Assembly: GCA_964247055.1 (NCBI GenBank)
Contig: OZ176052.1
Location: 10,912,001 to 10,976,000, forward strand
Direction of reading: 5' to 3'
DNA from: Paragordius varius
Taxonomy: Eukaryota; Animalia; Nematomorpha
Length of the DNA: 64,000 bases
Below the pieces are notes generated by a model. It saw nothing but the letters and a program-made list of their open reading frames with translations. It did not search any database and was not told where the DNA came from. Positions 40,724-54,500 of the stretch are shown here, in pieces (the first letter of the stretch is position 1; each line of letters opens with the position of its first letter). The position numbers and the translations under genes were made by a program.

Positions 40724-41343
40724 TTATTTAGTTTGCACATTTTTAGCTATATAAGTATTGTAATGTTTAGCAATTAACATGGATATAAGACGTTGATAAT
40801 GAGATATATTGCTGTAATTGTTGTTAACTGTATCATTTTCATCCATCAAACATTTTTCTTTTTTGTCACTTTTTGGGTTAAAAGTGTGGTTATTTTGATA
40901 ATTATTAAAATTAACACTTTTAGGTTGTTTGATTGAAGTAAAATTAGCGTTGGAGTGTGAGTTATTAAAATTTTTATTTAAGGCATAATATGGAGGAGTA
41001 GGTGCCATTTTACATTGTTTTTCGGGTGTCCGATCATGGTTAGTATAATTAGGTTTATTACTTATCATATTTGTGTTTCGTAGAGATTTAGGTGCGAAAT
41101 ATGTTGCAAACAATGGATCATTTATGTTGCCAGAATAAAAGCTTTGATTATCATTATAAGGATGAAGTTTGTAATCTTGCAATTTGGATCGTCTATAAAG
41201 GGCCGATCTAAAGTAATAATTTTCATCTACGGGTGCTATGTTTGTAGCCCCGGATTCTGGGATCAATAAGGCTAGAATAAAGGCTAAAACCACCAAAAGT
41301 GCTCCAAACACATATGGCGGACCAGGTAAAACTTTCTAGAATC

Positions 41344-41390
<47 letters not shown>

Positions 41391-44300
41391 TTTTTAAAAG
41401 GGATAAAATATAAAGAGTCAAAGTTTATTTAAACAGCTGTTTTTTAAGAGTAAAGTCATAGATCTGTTTTAATATATAGCGAAAACAAGAAAAACTGTTA
41501 AAACGAAGGTAGAAAGTGCTTCACCTTCATATTTTCATACTGATTTAAAAAATTATTTTTTTTAATAACTGCACTCCTTAAAAGACGTTTAAACATATGA
41601 GAAAAGTTATACCATATAATACCCCGAATGAAAAACCTTAATCAAACGGATAAGCACTTACAATATATATTTTATAATGTAATAATAACTCACATCACTA
41701 TAGCTAACGTAATATGGTTTAACCAGAGCCTTTTTAAGCAGGGATGACGTTGAATAAACGATCAAATTTTGCGCAAATGGAATTTGTCCATTTTGAAGAA
41801 CATGCGATAAATTTGTGAGATGTGACAGGCTTTGACTTAGGTCTGTTTTAAAGATGGCAGTACCAGTATTTATATCTGATGAATTTGACAGCACAGAACT
41901 CTTTGGCTTAAAATGTAGCAAGTTTGGTGAGATTAAAACTGGATTGCTTTGAAAAGAATGTAGTCTTTGCTGTTGTGAAGATGAGGTGACTCTTGGCATC
42001 CCAGTATCATCTAAATCCACGTTAAACATGTAAAATATGAATCCAAACAGGGCTGGGCCAATCCCATTGCATAAACCTCGAATACCCGTGATAAGACCTT
42101 GAACCAATCCTATAATGGTAAAAATTGATTTAAAATATGTGTTTCTTCCTTTTTTTCTATAAAAGTTAATCATAGTTTATAAACTTTATTGATAGTGACT
42201 AAACTTTAAATAATAGGGGAATTAAAGAGTAAAAAGAAACTAATGTTTTTTAAAGCAGGAAAAAATATCCATATAATTCAATTGGAATAAAATTAATGGA
42301 ATATTCGTAACATATCAATAAATGTAATTAGTTAAAGATAAAATTTAATTTTTTATGCGTTATCGTGCCTCATTTAAAACTCTAATAGCAGATATTTTAC
42401 GTAATTATTTAATGATTAATATAAATTTAGACCTTGTTTATCGGGATCAGTATGATTAGATATGTATGAACTAATGGCCGGATATGTAATGCTTGAAAGA
42501 GAGGCTAAGGCTCCAGCAGACCACATCATCCTAAAATAAATTCAGCAAAGTATATTTACGGTGAAAATTAAAAATACGGCGTAAACATAAAAATTAAAAT
42601 CTAAATTAAAGACATTTAAAAGTAGGAGATATTTTTACAAAACGATACATGTTTTTTATTGATTTTTTGCATATTCAAATATTGTTAATGTAGGTTCAAA
42701 ATAGGCTACTTGATTATAAATAAACAAAAAGTGTGTTTTTTTAAGAATGGTATTTTTACTTGTAATATCTCTCCATATCTTTCATATCATATTTTTTAAA
42801 ATTTTAATTTTTCTGTAACATAATTATAATAAAGATGAATATTATAGCAAAGGTAAAACAAAATATCTTACCACATTTTGGAGGCAAACCCATACCATGC
42901 TAATTGTAATATTTCAAACATGAGACCTACAAGAATCGTGGTTTTGCCACCCAAAATTTTCATTAAAGAATTGAGTATAATGGTCTAAAATAAAAAAATT
43001 AGTTTTTGATATCGAATCAATTATTTTAAATTATCTTATATGGGATAAAAAATTTACTTGAGCAATAACTGAGAGTATTCCCACAAATGCTATAAATGAT
43101 GCTACTTGTTCGCCAGAAAAATTCATAATCTATCACAAATTGAAATAAAGTATATATTTATGCAATGATTTTAACAAAATAATTAATAAATTAACATTAA
43201 AGTTTTTAATTATTTATATAAAATTTGCTTTATATATGGATATCTTTTTGTGTCCTATCAAATCTTTAAATTAGTTGTTTAAAATTCGCTAATGTTATAA
43301 CCTTATATTTACATGAAAAATGTAAATTCTATGAACTTTCGCATTTATTTTAAATTATAAAATGAATTAAAAAATCACATTTTAAAAAATGGATAAATAT
43401 ACCAGTTTAAGATAGACAAAAAAGGAGGAATATTGTCCCGATTCTGGGAGGTAGGAAAAGAAAATTGTCATACATAACAGGAGAATGGTTCGATCTTTAC
43501 CAATTTTTCGTAGTTGCTAAATAAATATAGTATCGTATTATTTTAAGTCTCTTAATTAAAATATAATGAATTGAAAAAAATTGATATTTCAAAAATTAGT
43601 ACGTATTAGATATACTCAAACTTTTTTGTATAAATTATTTTCCGTGATAGTCTTTCGGGGAAAACTTATGTGTCTATGTGAGATCCAATTTAACTTATAA
43701 ATAAAAATTATATTTCATCCATTTTACTAAACTAAATAATTTTAACAATTTAAGATAATTACTTGTTTTATAAATTTGACTGGTCAATTTTGTGATAATG
43801 AAATTGTTTTTATCCAAATAAATATATAATAAATTAAATATTTAACTACGGCATCATTTGGAGCCAAATAAAAAGGATTATTGACCTTTTCTTTTCTCTA
43901 CTAAACTTACTCACCATATAAGAGTAAAAATTTCTATTTAAAATATAAAATAAAAAAGGAGAATAGAGACCTAATTGCTTTCTACATAGCAGCGTGAAAC
44001 GATATAAAATTAATTTAAAGGTAACCAAAAGCTGTATTCATTATGAAAATTTGTTGTCTTATACGAACAACACATCAGTCCTTTTAAGCGATATGAACTC
44101 AAATATGTTAATACACATATGCATATCAATCATTGACAACTTACATATAAAGGATCAGCCGTGGCCCATGTAAAATGAAAATTATTATTATAAGTTGATT
44201 CGGTTGTAGTTGTCATAGGTAAACGTCGACGTTTAGATACAACTGCTTTATTATAATGTTTTACGGTAAATTTTTGTTGGGATTCTAGGAAAGCCTTATT

Positions 44301-44810
44301 TTCTCCCTTTGACTCACTAAAAAATTCATCATCATCAGCGTCAAGTTCTGCGTTAGATTCATAATTTGAATCAAAATTGTCTTGACTATCTTTTTCTCTT
44401 TCAGCATTATTGATTTGACGGCTCTGTTCTACATTGTTTGTGGTTTGAATGTCTTGTTGGTCAAGATATTGATTGCACGTCAGAATATCGGGATTACTGC
44501 TATTATCCGGAGAAACGAGGAATGGATCATATTGTGATTCCATTTTATCCTTATTTTTTGTCATAGTGTTAGCAGTTGAGATCTTTCTAGAAATCGTTTT
44601 ACTATTATTATTATTACTATTGTTTAAAAGGCCGCCATAAGAAAGAGATTCGGGCACATAAAATAAAATGTACAAAACATCAATCAGAGCAATTAGCGTT
44701 GCTAATCGAACAACCATGGCTGGTCCATACACCTTTTCAATGTAAGCACCAATGGCAGGGCTTGTAATTAAACTGGCAGCAAATGTTGCTGAAACCTTTA
44801 AGCAGGTGGA

Positions 44811-44847
<37 letters not shown>

Positions 44848-45901
44848 ACTAAAAAAATTATAATTTGCAAAATGAGTATTGGTATTAAGTTGGGGTTTGC
44901 TTTATAATATATTGTAAACAATACAATTGATGAAATCAGTTAAAATGCGCAAAATTAGAAAATATATATTATAGGCTTTATACCAAGATAAAGCAAAAGA
45001 ATACTTTGGGCAATAATATTGCATTTTTTAGTATATGCTATCTGCCATTATTTATTGATAAACTAGCAATTTTTTACTCATACTGTATATGAAATAAATA
45101 TGGTATTTTGGAAGTTTTACAATACATATTAACGCAAATTTCAAAAATCAAAATAGATTTATGCGTCATTAACCAAATATTTGGGAGGAAAAGGTTCAAT
45201 ATAACGTGCGATAATAATAGGCGTAATATAGAAACATATAATATTGAAGAGAAAAAAAAACAATAAATTTATAAATACCAATCCATATGAAATCGGCCTG
45301 TTTTCCTCGGATGTAATGTCCGACACATAAGCAAATACAATGGAAAATGTGACGGAAAGAATGCCAGATAGGGATATTAAAGCAAAGAACCACCTTTGTA
45401 AACAAAAAAAGAATCCAAAATTATAAATAAATAGCGATTGATTTTGCAAAAGCTACATACCAAGAATTTCTGTGCATCAGAGGTATAGGGCTGCATGTAA
45501 AAAATACAGTCAGTAGCAAAAATGGTTTTCGTCCCCATACATCAGATAAAGCCCCAATTAAGGGAGCACTGAAAAAGGATAAAAGACCCTAAAATAAATA
45601 ATATGCGAACTTTAATCCCTTGTATGATTCCATTCATAAGAAACGTATGTTGTGGGAAGGTTGCATTTAGAGCCTATGTTTATATATATATATATATATT
45701 ACTGTTATCATGGGTGATGTTAGTAGTCCCCAAGAAAAGAATTCCAAAAATATTATAATGAGAGCATGATAAAGACTAGGTTCTATAGATAACTAAAAAT
45801 TAAAAACAACAAACCTGATCATCTTTAATGTATCGCTTTTTAAATGGATAAAAAAAGCATTTTAAGAACTTTTTACTCAGCATCACTAACCCATATACCA
45901 T
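40724..45901 (-). CDS. MFSD14: MFS transporter MFSD14/HIAT1 family, about 12 exons
   Basis: Motifs EPSLYHALIIIFLEFFSWGLLT, FPQHTFLMNGIIQGIK|GLLSFFSAPLIGALSDVWGRK, VSATFAASLITSPAIGAY, FFSYLPESGQYSSFFVYL, GLVQGLITGIRGLCNGIGPALFG, LPGPPYVFGA. Start is either 45901 or 45883. Confidence 0.93.
45589..45814 (-). other. MFSD14: Three ultra-short GT-AG introns at the MFSD14 5' end: 45793-45814 (22 nt), 45674-45702 (29 nt), 45589-45610 (22 nt)
   Basis: Removal restores PMIT|ALNATFPQHT and QGIK|GLLSF; retention frameshifts. The first intron is less certain because the N-terminus is unconserved. Confidence 0.87.
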
Positions 45902-46309
45902 CTGTCCATGGATCAATGTTTTACAGGTGTGGAAAACAACTCATGCTAATACAAAATGCAAACAGATTTTGATGCAGGATTTTCTATGGGATGGAATCAT
46001 ATAAAATATTACCACATTTGTAAACACCACAACAGAAAATTTGCGAACATTTTGCTAAAAACATTTTTTTTTAAAATTGAATTTCTTATTACAAATATTA
46101 AAACATATCAAAACTATGTTAAAAAGTAAATCATTTTAATATTTAGATATGATTGCAAAAGTCTCAAAATTTGTCCCCCCCCCCGAAAAAAATTGTTTTC
46201 TTAAAATAAACGCAAAATGCAGTTGCGATAATATTGTGATATATATTTTCTTAATACTAGAAGTTCGAATATATGAAAGAGCAGTTAAGCTATCAAACTA
46301 AACTCAAAA

Positions 46310-47275
46310 ATAGGCTTTCTTAAGTCTTTTAGGCTCATTATGCAAAGAAAATTCTTTAAAATATAAATTGTAAAAATTACCTCGTCTCAAACTTTGTCCG
46401 ATTTTATTTATTATGATTTTTTAAATCGCTAATGCAAAAGAATAAATGTATATTATAAATATCAGATATTTTACCCGCAACAACTTGATGTTATTATTTT
46501 ATTATCAGCTGTTGATTTCAATCGTGTTTAGGGAGCGGTGCCAATTTTGAACTTTAACACTTGGATACAACACATTTATTTTATTCCTTTAATTCAAATT
46601 AGGGCAGTTAAATACCCCAGGCAAGTTTAATATTAAATTCTTCGAAAAATATGGAAGAAATTGAAACCATGGCAAAATTTTCCACTTATATAACATTAAT
46701 AAACCAAAATAAATAAAAATTTTTATTCAAAAATACTTGATATTACTAATTTTAAGCCAAAATCGAAAGGTAAAAATTTCGTCAAAACATATGTGAAATA
46801 AATCAAAAATAATACAAAACTGCTTTTTCTTTTTTTATCAATGTTAGATGTAATCTTAATAAAAAATTAGCTTTAATTTTACCCTCCAAATTAAATGACG
46901 ATATTTTGCGGAAATTTTATAAAATAAAAATGGCGCCGAAGTAGTTTGACATGGAACTTTTTTTTCAAAACAAAATTTTATTTAGATAGTTTGGCCTTTT
47001 TATATAATTTATATTAGGATAGATACATAAATTTAAATTAGGACCGTTTCCTTCAATAATTTTGTAAAAATACTAATCCAAATTTAGTCTGGGGTATTTA
47101 GATACCCTACCCCAATTTGAATCAAAGTGTTAAATAAAGAAGTGTAAACAATTATTTTTTTGATTATTTAATTTTAACTAAAATTACCTTCGAAACGGTG
47201 CCTTATTTATAAAATTAAGTTCTGGGATACAAAACCACTCCAATATGCAAACTTAGACAAAAAAGGTAAAAGGTG
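46310..47275 (+). repeat. Dispersed repeat family B, copy 3, interrupted by an insertion
   Basis: 46310-46525 and about 47170-47275 match the two halves of 6400-6770. Confidence 0.62.
46554..47133. mobile_element. TTAA-flanked MITE (piggyBac-type target site) nested in repeat B
   Basis: TTAA-cactt at the left end and aagtg-TTAA at the right. Imperfect subterminal inverted repeats ttcaaatt(a/g)ggg...taaataccccag. Confidence 0.6.
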
Positions 47276-47486
47276 TTAATTATCTATATTTTACTACCAT
47301 ATAAACTATTTACTCGTTGTATTCACCGATTGTTTAAAGTAAAAAAATCGAAGCAAACAAAAATGAGAAGTGTGTGAAGAGCGCATTTTATATTTGACTT
47401 CAATTTAAAGGCGAACAAAATTTGTAATTAAGATTCTGAGGGGATATAAATGTTCGACATCAATTTATTAAAAGTTTACATATAAT

Positions 47487-48464
47487 GGGTGGAGTGATAA
47501 AAAAGTCGCACTTGACTTGTAAGACAAGCGTGGCAAGTTGAGCAAGTTTACTTAAGCCAAAAAGTATATATTTGAAGATCGGTGATAAAAAAACACTTAA
47601 GTCAAGTCTTTTGCTTATGAATGTAACATTTTTTTGCCATCCGATTCAAATTTTACAGAAATTATTTTTATTAATAAGGCACAAATAAACAATTAATATA
47701 ATATGCATTTATTTGCGTTTTTCAAACAGGCAAGTATCTTATTTAATATTATAGAATTTTTTAAATATTGAGGCTGGTAATAAGTTTTGGATTGATAAAA
47801 TCATTTGCCCTTAAAACACTTTCCATTTCTTTATCACACTACATTTTGTTTGGAGTCCATTTGCAATTATAATGGGAAGATGTTTATACAATATAACATA
47901 ATTATTTTTAATTGATTATAAACATTACATTCGAAATAAATCTATGATCAAATAAACTCTTTACATTAGTTAATAAATAGTGAAGTAACCTTTAGCGTTT
48001 ATTAAACAAAGATTTAAAATTTTACAAGATTAATATTTAATTATTTATTTTAAGAAATTTTCGAGAATCCAATTTTTTTGCGGTCACGGAATTGATATGC
48101 CATGTTATTAAATATTAGCAGAGTTTTTCTATAAATTTATTCTCTTTTGTATCCACCCAATGAATAGATTAATTAGCCAAAATTTATAGCATTAACAAAG
48201 GTTTGAATTACATAAAAAACCTAAATTTATACATAAATAGTTCCAAAATAATTTTATCCATATTTTTGAATCTGTCAAGTGTGCCCCACACCATACTTGC
48301 AAAATCTTAAAGTTTTAATTGATCATATAATTTTTAATCACCTCCTTATCAAGTTTTCTTGCTTGACTTAAGTCGTGTAATGTTAAAGTTTTTTTCAAAT
48401 GAAAGTAAACCATGACTTGAAATACTTGCAAGTCCAGTCAAAAAAATTTTTTATCATCCGACCC
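47487..48464 (-). mobile_element. About 1 kb non-autonomous TIR element, family A, copy 2 (PIF/Harbinger-like ends)
   Basis: Termini gggtggagtgataaaaaa / tttttatcatccgaccc, flanked on both sides by AAT (candidate 3-bp TSD). Confidence 0.72.
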
Positions 48465-51400
48465 AATATCTTTATACCGTCCATGCGCGTTACATATACG
48501 GGTCGTCAAATTTTTAAAATTAATTTTTTTTAATATGGATTTCGTCAATTTTTAATGTCAAATCTAACAATTTTTGCATTTTGCGTTAGTGCCAAAAATT
48601 TGAGATATTCGGAGACCACATTAAAATAATTATAAAATATTGTTTTGCTTTATTAATTATTTTAGTATATAATATATTTGTATTTTATGTTTTGTATAAA
48701 AGCATTAGCTTTATCTAAAGCTAAATGTGCGCAAAATTTTCGATTTTTTGATGTGAATTCTTAAATGACATAGGGCTAAACCAAAAGCACAATGTACATT
48801 TATTTATCAGAATATATATATATATATATTTTGGCCGGATATTTTTTCCCCAATTTACTGTGGTATATCGCACATAATAAAGATAAATGTGATTAATTAG
48901 GATCAACACGATTAATTATGAATTAAGTCTTTGGGAAGCGCGGAAATCATGTTAAAATTGATCTTCAAATAGAAATATGAATAAGAATTATCAGTTTTTG
49001 ATTTTGCTGTATCTATGAAAGTCGATAATTTTGTTGTAGTTGATTCAATATAGTTATTTGGATTATTATTTGGCGGTAGCTAAAAACTTTTATCAAATTA
49101 TTAATATGCATTAAAATAAATTAATACTACATTATATGATAAATATATTTATCTAAGGACAAATTTTAGGCTTTTTTAGAGGTTTGACCCGTAATAAATG
49201 ATCAGATTTAAAGTGTTGCTAATATATAATTGTCAAACATTTTTATATAAAAAATGCTTATTTAACAAATGACGAATTGAGTAAATTAGATAGCTTACTA
49301 ATCCAAAAACAAACTAGAATATATAATTTCGGCATCAATAAAATTTTTATTAGAAGTTTTATATGCATAAATATTTAAAATAATAAGATTAAGATATTAT
49401 TTTAAATATAACATTTATGCTTCCGGCTTTGACCATAAGAAAATTTAATAAGTCAATTAAAAATTAACCTGAACCTTATATATCAGTTTCAGTTGCTAAA
49501 TAGTATCACATAATATTTGGCTATTCTATATTTTATTTTAACATGATGGTTGGAAAATACTGTCGTTGGCTAAATGCAGAAAAAATAACTTTTAATCCAA
49601 ATAATTTAACCTTGTTTAAACTTCTTAATAAAAAGGACCATCGAATGATGATGTATGGGCATCTAATTTTTTGTGCGCACAGCCTTAAGCGCTTTATATA
49701 TATATATATATATAATTTGAAAATCGCGAGGCGTCGCTGTAATTGAGTCAAAGATGATTATCTAAAAAATAGCATTTAAATTAATGTGTTTCAATTTGTG
49801 ATCTAAATATGGGTGTTAATAAAGAGCCAGTTAATCTTAGCTAAGATTAATATTTGATGAATGAATTTTTAATAGTCAAAAAGGGCGATCGGGATTGGGT
49901 CTGTATATATGATAATGTATTCATAACCGTCACTGTGACAGCTTTTGAAAGTAAGCAGTAATATTTTATCATGTGTTTATCTCGGGATTTAAAATGAATA
50001 TAAAAACGGAACTATAGATTATATTTGTCATTAAAATAGTATTAAAATAATTACTTTGGTTGATTTTTTATATTAATAATTTTGGATGGTAATAAATAAT
50101 AGACTAATCATGACTATGGCTTAGTTGTGGGCTATAAACGGAAGTTTCTTGCTTTTCATTTCTAATTCTCAATTCTGTAATAATAAACATAATTAAAAAT
50201 AAATATGATTATAATAATACAACCTTTATCTTGAACAATAAATGGTTAGTATACTCTTAAAAATTATTTAAAAACATAATTTTATTAATTGATCCAAACT
50301 TGTAAGTGGTGTTGAACGCATGTAAATACCATAATGACATGAATATGGATTCCTAATTATAATATTTTTTTAGAAAATTGCATTAAACAATGTCCTTCAT
50401 TTTATAACATAGATGAAATGAAATTTTCATCCCTTTGAAAAAAAAGATAAACAATGCGTGATCTATTTTTTCGCAGCTAACCATAGTTTTGAAACTAAAT
50501 TTAAATAACCTAGGGCTAATTCTAAAATTAGTATGACTTTGGAGCACTCATATACATCAAAACTTTTTGGCCCTATCAGAAAAATGTTATAAAACATGAT
50601 TTTTTGGGATTTTAATTTTTATATAAAGCAGGGCTTAAATCAGAGGCTAATTAAAACAATCCGTCACGCTCTGCAAAAGTTTGAGTGTTAAAAATTTGAT
50701 TTTATATTATTTAAATTTTTTATTAAAACAATGGCGTAAAAATCGTAACAATGTCTTATTATGTATTTACCAGATTTTTACTTACTTAATTGTTATTGAA
50801 TAATAATAATAATATTCTTATATATTCTCTAAGGATTTGATTGCTTCATTCAATAAAAATATGTATTCGTCCAAAATTATGATTACACCAAAATATGACT
50901 TTGATTCAATTCTTTCCAGATTTTATCATAACAAGGCATGTTTGTGCTTTTTAATATTTTTTATTAACTAAAAAATTCTTCCTTCGCTTTTTTATATTCC
51001 ATTATGTGTGGTGCAATGTAGTTGTTGCACCAATCATTTTTTTAAACTAAGCTATGAGAAAATGTAGTTGATTGATAAAATTAGACACTTAAAAAACTAA
51101 AACTATATAAAGACCATATTTTATATAATTATTTATATACCTTATTTTAAGAGACCATTATGTATATCAGAATCAATCAATTAATTTTAACCAGAGAGTA
51201 TAGTGTGGCCAATTAAAAAACGCTATTAAATTGCAGATACTTCAGTTCTTTACAAAGGCGCGAAAAATGGAAAGAGTAGAACTAACCATTAATATATAAA
51301 ATGTATTGTGCATTAATGAATCTATCACACTAGAGAGTTTTTGATGTGACATATCTATATGTTTACCAACGTTTTTTTAAAGATTTTATCTCTTGTGGAT

Positions 51401-51522
51401 AAAAGAATTAATAATAGCTAATAATAAAGTGATCTTTTGAATTCATTAATGGAACCATATCGCGCGAGTTTTAATAAATAAATTTTTAATTGTATTTTAA
51501 CCAATATTTTAAAAAAGATATT

Positions 51523-54500
51523 ATGACCAACGAATTAACAGCAAAAATTCGCAGCGGAAGCCAAGATTCAACTGTTTCCAATAGAACTCAGGAAAGTACT
51601 AATTCAAAAAGTTCGCAAAGTGACAGATTAAAAAGAACGGGAACCTCTCACCATTTAAAGCGTTTGAATGTTAGCAAACGCTCCGGTCTTGTTTCCTACA
51701 CAGATTATAAGGCAGCTACCGAAATTTGTAACTTAAAAACGCCAGAAAAGCGATCTAAAAATTCGACTTCGTTAACGAATTATAAGAATATATGGATATC
51801 AAAATTACCTAACACATATGCCAATGTACATCACACAATAAAACCAACACCGATCGGGTACAATGATTTAAGAAAACATATGGACGAAACGGAGATAACC
51901 GATGATAGCGTAGTAAATACATGTAAAACCAATATAAGGTCAGATTCAAAAGCATCTATGCTAAATGATTCCTTAGCAGCCAGTATTTTAAATGCTACGA
52001 AAAGAACACCAAGCCGACAAAGTTCAATGAATCCTGAAGACAGTCTTCGTGAAAAACTTTTAAAACATTATCAACTCGAGGAAAAAAACCATCAATTTGT
52101 TACTAAGGACGGGACACGTATCGTTATGAAAAAACAAAACCGTAGCAAAAGTCGAACGAATTCCGAAAATAAAGGACAAAACGAAAACATAGAACCGATA
52201 TCCAAATTAGATTCAATCGTGCACATGAATCAAAAGAATCAGGTAGTAACGCAAAAATTTCCATTTTACCCAGTGTCCGTTAATCAAATCAATGAAATTT
52301 GTAATTTATCAACGTTACCGTCGAACTCAAACGCCTTGGATAAAAGCCAAATCACAAAAAGTAAAGATGGGATATATGATTCCAATATGCATCTTCAAGC
52401 ATCTAGTCAATCTGGAGTGAAACAGCCGATTTCCAATCTCCTAAGTTATTTAGATGATAAATTTCTCATTTCAAAAAGTTCAACATTTGCTTCTAATGTA
52501 CGGCATAAATTAGCCATGGCTAACAGTAGAAAAGCTTTATCTCAGGATTTAGATGCTGTCAATGAAGTTAAAATAGAACCTAAAAAAACAACATCTACAA
52601 GAAACTCTGTGTACCACAAAAAAAGGTCATCGAAAAAAACTCCCACCAAAGATGATAGAAAACGCAGCTCCTCTGTTTTCATTCCTTCCCCCCTTTTTAA
52701 TGTTCGTTCAACATCAACTACCAATATTCTCGATAAAACTAACCCAAATAATAGTCCAAGAAAAAGTATCTCTCAACTAGAAGATAAAACTGAAACCACA
52801 CCAAAAAAATTAGACAAAATTCTCCATGTCATTTCAACGTTTTTGTTTTCTCACATTGGCGTTTTGTTATTGCTCTTTTTTTACACGATAGCCGGTGCTT
52901 TAATCTTTCAAAAGATTGAGGGACCTATGGAAACAGAAACGGTAAATAAAGTTATTCTGTACAGACAACTCACTGCTCTTGATTTAGCCGTGCAAATAAA
53001 GGTCACAGGTATGGCAAAAAAATTATCAAATAAAAAGTAAAACAGTTTACATTTTGAATCAGTTTTTATGACATCCAAAACGTATTGACGTTCAAAGATA
53101 GGGTAGATTTTGCCCGTTAAATGTGTGTATAGGCTTCCTAGTAATCATTTATCCTTTTCTCTTATCCAAGATTTTATCTTTTAAATTCTAAGCTGTATTT
53201 ATATCGGCATATAAGTGCAATGATAAAAAGTTTATTAATATATCAATTTTAAAGATTCATGTGAAGGATTTCATTACCAGAATTATTTTTAATTACTACA
53301 TAAAAAAGTAGATACTTTTCAAATTTTACTTAGGGATAGAGCTGGTTGATATGGAACAGCTCATTGAGAAAACGTTAAAGCAATACCAAGATAAATTGAT
53401 AACATATGTGGAACACGGATTTGATGGACACGAGGATTCCGTTAACAATAAATGGTCATTCGCAGGGGCTATTCTATACTGCGTCACAGTCATAACTACA
53501 ATAGGTACATACGATTTGGTTATACATATCTACCTAGCTCAATTTAAATTAATTTTAGAGAGAAGGGAAAATGACATAAAGTATTCCAATTATTTATAAA
53601 AATAAGATATTTTAAGGGTAGACAAATTTATATCGCAGTAAAACTTTATTATAAAGAAAAAATGTAAAAACTAAATGAAAAATATATTTTTCTAAAAAAG
53701 ACAACCATACACTTTCTAAACCATGATTTATCCTTACATGTACTATATAATTACAACAGAAAATTGATTGTGTCCAATTTATATCTCAATTTTTTTATTT
53801 TGCAATTTAAAACGATGAGGTAGATTTAAGAAAAAATATGGTTTTTAAAGATGGTATTGTCTTTTTTAAAAAATTTGTTCTTTGTTTTTTACATTTTGTG
53901 TGCATAAGTTCAATTTTTACTGTAATTCCAGTGCATCTTTTTGATAAAAAATAGCATGGCATAATCATAGTATAATGTAAAAACCAATGTAAGAATGTTA
54001 TATACATTTTTAAAGGGTATGGCAAAACAGCACCTATATCCAATCTTGGCCGCATGTTAACAGTTTTTTATGCCATAATTGGCATTCCGCTTTTGGTGTT
54101 GTTTCTGAGCAATTTTGGGGCGCTTTTGGCCGTTGCCTTTAAATGGATGTGTCGGAAAATAACTTCCAAATGTTGGACAACGCATTCAACTAAATCGCGG
54201 ACAGATACCCTTTTGAATTATACCGTTACCCGAGACATGCCAATAGAAACAAACATAGCTTCTAATAAAAAATTGAAAGATGCAGATTTAAACCTAAATA
54301 ACAATAATAGTAATGATCTCAAATCCCAACCACGCAATGAGGATATAATCTTAGATATGAAATCTGAGGATAGCGTCAGAAAAATGCAAAACCAACCTCT
54401 TATGGACAAAACAACGTGCAAAGAAAAAAAAGTTTAATTTATTATCATTACTGTCATTATTAATATCATAATTTTTCATTTATCATTTCCGTAATTTATA

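Noticed and set aside
49533-49751. Overlapping short ORFs upstream of the K2P channel
   Set aside because: No homology or motif, they include a TA microsatellite, and there is no compatible splice link to 51523.
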